Below are positions 16,196 through 28,716 of a DNA stretch of 50,123 nucleotides, in pieces (position 1 is the first letter of the stretch; each line of letters begins with the position of its first letter). The stretch comes from Octopus sinensis (lineage: Eukaryota): assembly GCF_006345805.1 (NCBI RefSeq), contig NW_021834294.1, positions 1 to 50,123 on the forward strand, given 5' to 3'. The notes under the pieces are model-generated. The model was given only the letters and a program-made list of their open reading frames with translations. It did not search any database and was not told where the DNA came from. The position numbers and the translations under genes were made by a program.

Positions 16196-16500
16196 TATAC
16201 CAATTCCTTCCTTCCATTTATATATATAAATGTAATAATAATAAATCATAATATATATTGTTCTCCGATTTGAAGCGACAATTTTTAAATACAGACAAAT
16301 GATTGAAATATGATGAGCTTGATGAGCTAACCCCAGCCAGAATCGGTTTTACAGAATGATATTTAAGAAAGAAATTAAAAATAACAGTCATTACATATTA
16401 TTAGGGCAGATTTGGCTTACAGCTGTTTCCAGTAGTCGTTATAGGTACATTATTCATAGGTTTATTCTATTGTTTTATTGATCAATTGAGGTAAATTGAA

Positions 16501-16909
16501 CGGTTTGAACGGCAGTTTTTAACATAGTTTCTAGGTAACTAAAAAATTTTAAACTTCGTATGCTGGTAGAATGTGTCTATAAAACATCTTTTTCTCTTGG
16601 CTTTATTGAGAAAATTCTATAGTTTGTAACATATTTGTAGTTTTTTTTCTGCAATTTCAACCAATTAATGACGTCTATTGAGGTAAAAAACATTCTGTGC
16701 CTTATGAATATGTCCCTCGTTTAAGAAACAGATTGGATTTATTTACATTTGAGAAGAAAAAAAAGATACTCTTCTCCCACCCCTAACCCTAATCCTAACT
16801 AACCCTAAAACAGATTGAAATGCAATAGATCGATTCTAGGGTCATAATTATGAGTGACAATTTCATATGACACCGCTAGAAAAAATTGTCGTTCAAACCG
16901 AAAAGATCC
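16501..16909. mobile_element. Same MITE (left TIR clipped)
   Basis: High similarity to 1257-1680. Confidence 0.85.
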
Positions 16910-17799
16910 GAAAATTAATACTATTATTATCACAGCCATTTAGGTTGGTTCTTATATGTTTGAGACATATTTTAACGTCTGAAGGCAATTTCATTGCAGT
17001 TTACAGTGGAGAAAAATTCTCGCTGAAAATTTATTCCCTTCAGTAAACAGAAGTGGAATTGCTTTTAGGCGTTAAAATATGTTACAGACATATTTGAAGT
17101 AACCTAAGTTTTGTTTATTTCTCATCATTTTGATCACTTCAACATCTTATGTGTGGCACACCGTCCACTTGTACAGGCAATGTTTATTTTATTAACATTT
17201 AATAAGAAATATTTTTTATAAGAATTAAGGCTCCTAAAATCCTCTATAAAGGCAAGAATATACTCACTAAACCTTTAATCAAAGAAATATTCTAGAAAAT
17301 AGGACAGTAAATCTATGCTAAGATTATTCCAAAACTATTAATTTTTACCCTTCACTTTTACCTAGTATGTTTTTCCTTGTTTGTTTTTTTGTAGAGATAG
17401 AGAGGGTCTCAAAATCTAAGAAGAAAATATTTCATTTTGCTTTAAGCGCTGCCCCGAGTGGCCTCCATGCCAGTGGCACGTAAAAAGCACCAACCAATTG
17501 TGGCTGTAGCCAGCCTCACCTGGCACGTAAAAAGCACCCACTACACTTACGGAGTGGTTGGCATTAGGAAGGGCATCCAACTGTAGAAACACTGCCAGAT
17601 CAGACTGGGCCTGGTGCAGCCTCCTGGCTTCCCAGACCCCAGTCGAACCGTCCAACCCATGCTAGCATGGAAAGTGGACGTTAAACGATGATGATGATGA
17701 TGAAGCAAGCTAATGTGCAGTACTTGATCGTTATAAACAGTTTCTTCAACAAGAAATGATAAAACTTTCTTTCTCGGATCGCGAAAAACTACCATTGAA

Positions 17800-19325
<1,526 letters not shown>

Positions 19326-19340
19326 TTATATATATATATA

Positions 19341-19754
19341 TCAATATATATAAAAGGCAAGTTGTCTGTCTGTGTGTCTGTGTGTCTGTGTGTCTGTCAG
19401 GTTGTACCCTCACCCTGACCACGGCTTTCAACCGATTCTGATGAAACTTGACACACATATAGCCCAATGTCATAATTCAAAACTAACGCAGCGAAAATTT
19501 TGAAAAGTTCCCCCAGTTTTGAAAAGTATCGATAAATTCGACATGGGGTCGAGAATCTAAGCTTTTTATATGCAACACATTTTCTGTCGGGAGACAGCTA
19601 GGAACATCGTATACATAGAAGTGTTCGAGTGAAGAGAAGACATTGCAACCTACACATGTGCCTTCGTTCCCTAGAGGGAAAGAACTAGATTGGGATTAGT
19701 CGTTGCCTACTAGGGGCTCTTACATACCCGGGCAACGCCGGGCTATGCTGCTAG
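19341..19754 (+). mobile_element. Non-autonomous Helitron
   Basis: A|TC start, hairpin CCCGG-GCAACG-CCGGG, CTAG|T end. Confidence 0.8.
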
Positions 19755-20176
19755 TATATATATATATACATATATATATTTGTATATATATATGTGTGCG
19801 TGCCCACTCAGTGCTTGACAAACAGCGTTAGTTTGTTTACGTGTCCGTAACTTAGCAGCTTTGGCATAGAAAGATGGCTTACAATAAGCACAAAACGTGA
19901 AAACAGAATAAGTCCCGAGGCTCTGTTTGTTTGTTTGAACTCCTCAATGGGACTGACACAGCATGGCCACATACTTTAGAACAGAGGTGTATATTACACA
20001 TATACACATACACACACACACACACATGTATGCGCGCGCACGTACAAAAGCGGAAGTGATTATGTGGTAGCCATCTAATTATTTCCTTTTAATTGGTGTA
20101 GCAGAGGCTCGTTCTTAACATTGTGTTTTTTTATTCCAGATTTCTGTTGTTGCCTCTGGTAATTTATGTATTATTA

Positions 20177-20640
20177 CTAGCACTATGACCCGGCATTGTC
20201 AGGTCTAGTGCTAGTCAAGCATATTTGGTCTTTCATGAAAATCCCTCTCTCTTGGCATTCACTTGGTCTAACTCGTTAATTATTCCCTGCATTTCTCAAA
20301 TCAAAAAAGCTTGCACGTTTGGTGTGATACATAACAAAGGGAGGGAAATGCAGAGTTTTAAAGAGTCCCTTGCTATGGTTTAATATCTTTAGATTAAACT
20401 GCTGGAGTGAGTTATGTCCCTTGTATTAAAGACTTTTGTTACCTGAAAGGGGTCGGTTTATCGATTTTATTTTATGGCTTCGCGGGGTGACTAGGGAAAT
20501 GTAAAGATGTGCATGACCACCCTTGGACGGTTTTGAATGACCATAGAAAGTGCGAGTCCTCTAACTGAAAAATTGTGGATTTGTATAAAGGACATGCACA
20601 CACACACACACAGACATTTTACCGTTTATATATATAGAGA
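20177..20640 (-). mobile_element. Diverged non-autonomous Helitron
   Basis: CTAGCACTATGACCCGGCATTG end and ACAGAC...CCGTTTATATATATAGAGA end resemble the other two copies. Confidence 0.6.
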
Positions 20641-20653
20641 TTATTTCTAATTA

Positions 20654-21588
20654 CCATATTTGCTGGTGTATAAGCTGCACCCGTGTATAAACCGCATCTC
20701 CAATTTTCAGTCTCCGACAGGGGAAAAATGTGAGGGAAACTGAGAAATAACTGGGGCTAGTGAAAAGGGAGAAATGTGGAATGAATTCAAACTTCAATTC
20801 CATGAGGATTTCATACTTAAGCATTTCCGACTGCAATCATCGATATTCATAATTATTGATGGAAGAAGATAAAGTCCAGGTTTGATATGCAATAGATAAG
20901 AAGAGAATGTCTTTTTATTATGTGTGTTTATATGATTTATTCATATTGGGATCTTTATATTCTTTCTTGAAAATATGTGGTCCTAAAAAGGACCGACCCT
21001 AATGGGTAGAGACTTCACTCAAAACCTAAGAACTTTTCGTCGTCAGATGACTCGTTGAAGACCTTGTAGAGTTGATCGTCTGTATATGCCAGTTCATCAT
21101 CGACATCACTGGAGTCAGAAGAGTCGGGAAAGATGGCGGCGTCTTCCCACAAGATGTCATCTTCTGTGCCGTCGCGCACATTGGATATGCAGCACTTCAG
21201 GAAAGCCCGCTTGATGATGTCTTCTGGAATCTCCTCCCAGACCTTCAAGATCCACTAGCAGATCGTTCCTAAGTCGACTTTCTTCGTATGCCCGGTCTTT
21301 GTCGTCTCCTTTGGTGCATTGGCCATCCAGTCCTCCCAGCGGTGCTGGAGACGGTCCATAAATGGTTTGTTGATTGCAACATGAACAGGTTGAAGAAGGG
21401 ATGTCACTCCCTCCGTTTTAACTGCAAGAATTGTAAGGGGAGCTAGTACCACGTGAATCTTGGATAATTACATGAAATAATGTTTGGGTTTTAGACCGAC
21501 TTTTTCTTGTACCCGTGTATAAAGCACCCCCATTTTTCCTGGATTTTCCTGTTGGAAAAAAGTACAGTTAATACACCAGCAAATACGC
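20654..21588 (-). mobile_element. Internally deleted pogo/Tigger-like DNA transposon
   Basis: About 27-bp imperfect TIRs (CCATATTTGCTGGTGTATAAGCTGCAC), TA on both sides. Minus-strand DDE_1-like remnant GVTSLLQPVHVAINKPFMDRLQHRWEDWM...KVWEEIPEDIIKRAFLKCCISN. Confidence 0.85.
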
Positions 21589-21734
21589 TATTCATTGACC
21601 ATCTTCTGAGTGTTATACATCATTAGACAAGTTGAGTGTTACAGTGTTAACCTCTTGTGCGTTCAATAATCTTGACCCTCTATATATATATATATATGGA
21701 TGGATGGATAGATAAATGAAGTGAGTTCATGCTC

Positions 21735-22183
21735 GCAGGACGGCCTGCTGTGCTAACCTTGGATTGTAGAGTGACCCGCAGTTCTTGAGGAGACCTGTTG
21801 AGTCAATTTCGTCAACATCAAAATAAAAATTCAAATGGAAATTGTAGTTAAGACACCCATGCTGGTGACACGTAAAAAGCACCGTTCGAACGTGGGAGAT
21901 ACTAGCGTCGCCTGACTGGCGTCCGTGTCGGTGACACGTAAAAGCACCAACCGATCGTGACCGTTTGCCAGCTTGCTCTGGCTTCTGTGCCGGTGGCACG
22001 TAAAAAACCACCCACTACACTCATGGAGTGGTTGGCGTTAGGAAGGGCATCCAGCTGTAGAAACACTGCCAAATCAGACTCGAGCCTGGTGCAGCCTCCA
22101 TGGCTTACCAGACCCCGGTCGAACCGTCCAACCCATGCTAGTATGGAAAACGGACGTTAAGTGATGATGATGATGATGATGAT
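21735..22183 (+). mobile_element. Retroposon family E with (GAT)n tail and internal tandem repeats
   Basis: Motif GGTTGGCGTTAGGAAGGGCATCCAGCTGTAGAAAC. Copies at 17452-17702 (+) and 7979-8470 (-). Confidence 0.7.
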
Positions 22184-23011
22184 AGATGGGTGGATGGATA
22201 GGTAGATATAATATATATGTATATATATATATACACATACACTCATATTTATACACTCAAATTCATATCTCTTTGTCTAGCTAACTATCTTTCTCCCTTT
22301 CTCTCTCCCTCTCTCTCTCTCTCTTGTGATATATGCATGTTTGTACATGTATACAAACTTGCATATAAACATACACACATGCAAACATATCACACACACA
22401 TGTATGTATGTATGTGTATATATGCATATTGAATATATATTTATGTATATACATTCATATAAGTGTGTGTGTGCACATGTGACTATGTAACTATATATAT
22501 ACATATATAATATATACATATATATATATATACATATATATATACATATATATATACTTGCTGTTATGTCCTTCTGTTGCTTTACTTTCCTTCTCTCCCG
22601 GAAGCAGATTTGTTTCCTTCTTTTTCTCTCTTCTGTTGTGGAGTAATTAATTATCTACGTTAAGTATCTTAAGCTTAACCTTAACCAAGAACATTAATTA
22701 CTTCTCCAGTTGAAGAGAGGGAGAGAACAAAGGGGGGGGGACAACTTTGCTGCACCACAGGAAGGGAAGGAAAAAAAAAAGGATATGGCGTGTAAATACA
22801 AATAACCTTGTTAATGACAGGAAAGAAAGAAACCTCATTCTGACTCTGAGAAGTATACGTACGAAGTTATTCGCTGCCGTCTTTGAGTATGACTTCTCAT
22901 TGTCTGTTAGTCGGAGATGGCTGTGGAAAAGTGGTAGAGCAAATGCACTGTATGTCATTAGACGTTCGTTCGAGTATCTTCTGGTAGAATTGCAAAAGTT
23001 TGAAGAATAAA

Positions 23012-23428
23012 GGATCTTTTCGGTTTGAACGGCAGTTTTTTAAAATAATTTCCACGTAACTAAACACTTTTAAACTTCGTATACTGGTAGAATGTGTTTA
23101 TAAAACATCTTTTTCTCTTGGCTTTATTGAGAAAATTCTATAGTTTATTAAACATTTGTTGTTTTTTTGCTTCAATTTCTGCAGTTTCAACCAATCAATG
23201 ACATCCATTGAGGTAAACAACATTCTGTGCCGTATGAATATGTCCCTCGTTTAAGAAACAGATTGGATTTATTTACATTTGTGAAGAAAAAAATATACCC
23301 TTCCCCCACCCCTAACCCTAACTCTAAAACAGATAGAAATGCAATAGATCGATACTAGGGTCATAATTATGGGTGACAATTTCATATGAAACTGCTAGAA
23401 AAAGCTGCCATTCAAACCGAAAAGATCC
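23012..23428. mobile_element. Same MITE
   Basis: Both TIRs present. Confidence 0.88.
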
Positions 23429-24309
23429 CAAATTTTTCCTTCTGGAAGAAATGTCCTTATCACAAGGTATCACAATTGTAAAACACCTAATCTTCACACA
23501 TGCGCGCACACATACACGCTCACACACATGCATGCAGACAAGAAATAGAAATAAAATGCTTGTAGATTTTAGCCAATCATTTCAGTGTTATACACCATTT
23601 CTAGAGTTCAATCGTCAAAACTGTGAAACGCAGTCAATGGGGCAATGTCTATTTTCCCTTCTTTTTTACCTTTTTTCTCTTTTTCCTAGGAAAATTAGAA
23701 TTTCATATCGGTGGAGAAACAGAAAAACTTCTTTGTATGTTTTTCTTGAATTTCTTTCCGAATTGTTCATGAAAAATTAATTTAATGCCGATCACCTCCT
23801 ATCATCAACATCAGTAATTATAAAGACAATTCACCATAAAATAGATGTTAACAAAGAGAGAGGCGAGGTGATGAAGGACTGACAGGGGAAACCACACGAT
23901 ATTCTTGCCTCGAGCGACATGCGGTCTTTTCATGTCTCTTTTTGTGACACATGATTAATTTGGATTAGTAGTTAAATCCCGTGGATAATACATCAACATT
24001 AATAGGAGAAAATAATATGGAATTGCACAGTTGATACTCAATCAAAATGGGATATGAAAAACAAAAACCTTATTCTTAAAAAGAAACAGAAAAAGAACTT
24101 TGCATTATGGAAGCCATTTAAAAAGTGATCAAGCTGTGCAAACTTAGGGTAAATAAAACTGCTTATGTTACCATGGTAAACTAACCCTGATATATATATT
24201 TTTTTATCGTACCCAGAGCTGCTGCTCAGATGCAAAATTGAGAAGGTTGTCTTTTATCGCCATCTTAAACTTCCTGTCGAAAGAAATGTGTGTGTGTGTT
24301 CCCCACCTC

Positions 24310-24737
24310 GGATCTTTTCGGTCTAAATGGCAGTTTTTTCTAGCAGTGTCATATGAAATTGTCACCCATAATTATGACCCTAGAATCGATCTATTGCATT
24401 TCAATCTGTTTTAGGGTTAGGGTTAGGGTTAGGGGTGGGGGAAGGGTATCTTTTTCTTCTTCAGAAATGTAAATAAACCTAATCTGTTTCTTAAACGAGG
24501 GACATATTCATACGGCACAGAATGTTTTTTTTTTACCTCAATAGACGTCATTGATTGGTTGAAATTGCAGAAATTGAAGAAAAAAAACAACAAATATCTT
24601 ACAAACTATAGAATTTTCTCAATAAAGCCAAGAGAAAAAGATGTTTTATAAACACATTCTACCAGTATACGAAGTTTAAAAGTGTTTAGTTACGTGGAAA
24701 TTATTTTAAAAAACTGCCGTTCAAACCGAAAAGATCC
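24310..24737. mobile_element. Same MITE, inverted relative to 23012-23428
   Basis: Both TIRs present; TTAGGG x3. Confidence 0.88.
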
Positions 24738-25212
24738 GGCGCTTGGCTTAGTGAATAGGATGTGGTGCTCATGATTGGAAGTTCAATGGTTTGACTTCCC
24801 GACCGTTGGAGTGTTTTGTTCACGAGCAAAACGGTTCATTTCCCGTTACCCCACTGCGCACACTCAGCTGTAAATAAATAACCCTGCAACTCACCGGTGT
24901 TTTGTTCGGCAGGGTAATGTTGCCCTGCTTGCCCAAGCCAGCCGGGTGGCAAAGCAGTCTAAAGCTTACAATTCAAGATAATACCTTGCGACCAGCGACT
25001 TATAATACTATTCTTTTATTTGTTTCAGTCATTTGACTGTGGCCATACTGGAGCATTGCCTTTAGTCGACCAAATCGAACCCAGTATTTCTTCTTTGTAA
25101 GCCCAGTACTTATTCTGTCGGGCTCTTTTGCCGAACCGCTACTTTATGGGGGCGTAAACACACCAGCATTAGATGTAAAGCAATGATGGGGGCCAAACAC
25201 AGACACACAAAC

Positions 25213-25275
<63 letters not shown>

Positions 25276-25356
25276 TGAGAGAGAGTGAGAAGACGGAGGA
25301 ATAAAATCGCCAACGATTCACATGTGGTTACATAAATATATATATATATATATGCA

Positions 25357-25792
25357 GTGATATACATCTGGAAAATCCTGGAGGGTCTTGTCCCAAACTT
25401 TGGCATTCAAAGTTACCCCAACCGCAGAACGGGGCGTCACTGCATGGTGCCAAAGATTCCAACATCACCATCAAAATACAGGACCAGATACTGCAACAGC
25501 TTGGGTTTCAGAGGACCACAGCTCTTTAACATCCTCCCTAAATGCCTGAGAGACTTGCATGGTGTGGATGTGGGTTTCTTTAAAACTAAACTGGATCTCT
25601 TGTTGTCGGGGGTCCCAGATGAACCTACCTCACGACAGGAGACACAGATGTGGGCAGCGGCATCGAACTCCCTTGTTGACCAAGTGCCACGTATCAGAGG
25701 TGGATTCACATACTAGTGTAGCTCATTCAGAGGTGGTGCCCCAGCATGGCCTTGGCCTTCGAGCTAAAACATTTTTAAGGATTTAAGGATTT
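25357..25792 (+). mobile_element. 5'-truncated LINE (CR1/L2 group) 3' end: ORF2 C-terminus plus 3' tail
   Basis: YIWKILEGLVPN...GRHC..P...NSLGFRGPQLFNILP...FKTKLDLLLSGVPDEP resembles CR1/L2-group ORF2 C-termini. It ends in short tandem repeats (TAAGGATT)x2. Confidence 0.8.
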
Positions 25793-26028
25793 ATATATAT
25801 ATATAATAGAAATATTAAAATAACTAAGTCTCTCTAAAAGAGAACAGCGGCAGCGTTCCCGGAAAATAATAGTTATCGCCATACAAATATGGCATTCTTA
25901 TAAAAATAAGAAAAAAGCTGTCCGCTTATTAGCTCCATGAGGCCATCGCCTTAAGTTAGCTATTTGATACACAAACTGTATCCATATAACCTTCGAACAA
26001 GGGAGGTCAGTCGCTCCACACTACTTGA

Positions 26029-26088
26029 CCGGCAGCTACAGACGCGTTTCGGGGTATTGCCCCTTTTCAATGCAGCGTAGCCAGCCGG
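26029..26088 (-). ncRNA. Type I hammerhead ribozyme with U3:A8 variant core (second copy)
   Basis: Reverse complement of 26686-26745. Confidence 0.8.
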
Positions 26089-26685
26089 TAGGTGTCGCTT
26101 CTGACAATCTCTGTTCGATGGTTTTATTTACCTAGTTTCGGTGGAATACATCCACTTGTTTTCAATAATAGAAATATTAAAATAACTAAGTCTCTCTAAA
26201 AGAGACAGCGGCAGCGTTCCCGGAAAATAATAGTTATCGCCATACAATATGGCATTCTTATAAAAATAAGAAAAAAGCTGTCCGCTTATTAGCTCCATGA
26301 GGCCATCGCCTTAAGTTAGCTATTTGATACACAAACTGTATCCATATAACCTTCGAACAAGGGAGGTCAGTCGCTCCACACTACTTGACCGGCAGCTGTT
26401 CTCTATTGCCCTTGTTCGAAGGTTATATGGATACAGTTTGTGTATCAAATAGCTAACTTAAGGCGATGGCCTCATGGAGCTAATAAGCGGACAGCTTTTT
26501 TCTTATTTTTATAAGAATGCCATATTTGTATGGCGATAACTATTATTTTCCGGGAACGCTGCCGCTGTTCTCTTTTAGAGAGACTTAGTTATTTTAATAT
26601 TTCTATTATTGAAAACAAGTGGATGTATTCCACCGAAACTAGGTAAATAAAACCATCGAACAGAGATTGTCAGAAGCGACACCTA

Positions 26686-26745
26686 CCGGCTGGCTACGCT
26701 GCATTGAAAAGGGGCAATACCCCGAAACGCGTCTGTAGCTGCCGG
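26686..26745 (+). ncRNA. Type I hammerhead ribozyme with U3:A8 variant core
   Basis: GCTGCA-TTGAAAA-GGGG CAATA CCCC-GAAAC-GC-GTC-TGTAGC, with outer stem CCGGC/GCCGG. Predicted cleavage after C26733. Confidence 0.8.
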
Positions 26746-26902
26746 TCAAGTAGTGTGAAGCGACTGACCTCCCTTGTTCGAAGGTTATATGGATACAGTT
26801 TGTGTATCAAATAGCTAACTTAAGGCGATGGCCTCATGGAGCTAATAAGCGGACAGCTTTTTTCTTATTTTTATAAGAATGCCATATTTGTATGGCGATA
26901 AC

Positions 26903-26953
<51 letters not shown>

Positions 26954-27018
26954 ATATATATATATGTATGTATATATATATATGTATGTATATATATATG
27001 TATGTATATATATATATA

Positions 27019-27102
<84 letters not shown>

Positions 27103-27436
27103 ACGGGCTTCTTTCAGTTTCGATCTACCAAATCCACTCACAAGGCTTTTGCTGGTCCACATGATGACATAAAGTGGGACTGAACCTGGAACCATGTGAT
27201 TGGGAAGCAAGGTTCTTGCCACACAGCCACAACTTTCTATGTATGTATGTTGTATGTATGTATGTATGTATGTATGTATATGTATGTATGTGTATGTATG
27301 TATGTATGTATGTATGTATTGTATGTATGTATGTATGTATGATGTATGTATGTATGATGTATGTATGTATGTATGTATGATGTATGTATGTATGTATGTT
27401 GTATGTATGTATGTATGATGTATGTATGTATGTATG

Positions 27437-27474
<38 letters not shown>

Positions 27475-27530
27475 ATTATTGGTGAATTGAAGAAATGGAG
27501 CTGAACGCAGATTGAACAGAAATCGTTTTA

Positions 27531-27620
27531 TTTCATTCTACACGTGTTTCGAAAGGCACAAATTACCAAAATCCGATTGAATAATGGGACCATATTGTGT
27601 CTTTCTCTTCAGGAAGAAAA
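27531..27620 (-). ncRNA. Type I hammerhead ribozyme with long stem II (mirror copy)
   Basis: Reverse complement of 27730-27819. Confidence 0.72.
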
Positions 27621-27729
27621 AAGGAAATCCGTTGGGAAAACAAAAACAGAACAGAGGCGGAGCAAACACAAACACGATTTGTTTTTGCGCCGCCTCTGTT
27701 CTGTTTTTGTTTTTCCAACGGATTTCCTT

Positions 27730-27819
27730 TTTTCTTCCTGAAGAGAAAGACACAATATGGTCCCATTATTCAATCGGATTTTGGTAATTTGTGCCTTTCG
27801 AAACACGTGTAGAATGAAA
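27730..27819 (+). ncRNA. Type I hammerhead ribozyme with long stem II
   Basis: TTTTCTTC-CTGAAGA-GAAAGACACAA...TTGTGCCTTTC-GAAAC-ACGT-GTA-GAATGAAA. Palindromic stem III ACACGTGT; predicted cleavage after A27811. Confidence 0.72.
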
Positions 27820-28027
27820 TAAAACGATTTCTGTTCAATCTGCGTTCAGCTCCATTTCTTCAATTCACCAATAATGTTTTAATTTCAATTATCCGCACCA
27901 ACGCACGGTTGCAACGCCAGATGGTTGTACCTCCAACCGTGCTGTTTACTGCTGTGATTTTTGCTACTAAGGTATCGGTTAAACTTTTGATTAATCTACT
28001 ACAAGATTATTCATCTTTCTATTTCAC

Positions 28028-28084
<57 letters not shown>

Positions 28085-28369
28085 CCTTACATATAAAGTG
28101 ATAGCTTTTTCAAGTCTTTGACATTGATATCAAAAAGCTACAGTTAATAAATTGAATATCTTATTGATGAACAAATACACAAATAAGTTTTTCATTTCGA
28201 AAATATAAAGAAATTTAAATTGAATTCATCTTCTCTGTGGTATTACCTACTTGACTTCATAAATACACTTGTTTGTACCTTGCTGATCAATTCAAATATT
28301 TATACGTTGTTTTATAAGATAATAATGATAAATGATATTTCCCAAACTATATATATATATACACACACA

Positions 28370-28409
<40 letters not shown>

Positions 28410-28410
<1 letters not shown>

Positions 28411-28425
28411 AGATAGATAGGTAGG

Positions 28426-28464
<39 letters not shown>

Positions 28465-28716
28465 GTAGGTAAATAGGTAGGTAGGCAGATAGATAGATAG
28501 ATAGATAGATAGGTAGGTAAATAGGTAGGTAGGTAGGTAGATATATATATATATATATATAGATAGATAGATAGATAGATAGATAGGTAGGTAGGTAGAT
28601 AGATAGGTAGGTAGGTAGATAGATAGATAGATAGGTAGGTAGATAGATAGGTAGGTAGGTAGATAGATAGGTAGGTAGGTAGATAAATAGGTAGGTAGGT
28701 AGATAGATAGATAGAT
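28410..28716. repeat. (AGAT/AGGT)n compound microsatellite
   Basis: Directly visible. Confidence 0.95.

Larger units (their letters stand above)
25804..26904. mobile_element. Retrozyme/PLE-pLTR-like tandem repeat, about 362-bp unit, head-to-head inverted blocks
   Basis: About 1.6 units on the minus strand (25804-26397) and about 1.4 units on the plus strand (26409-26904). Unit period 362 bp (25804 vs 26166; 26409 vs 26771). One hammerhead per full unit; flanked by (TA)n. Confidence 0.8.
27471..27879. repeat. 409-bp near-perfect palindrome (PLE-like remnant) with a hammerhead in each arm
   Basis: Arms mirror about 27675; left end abuts (TA)n. Confidence 0.9.

Noticed and set aside
25804-26904. 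Regular repeats as a CRISPR array
   Set aside because: Eukaryotic context, 362-bp units, no unique spacers and no cas genes.
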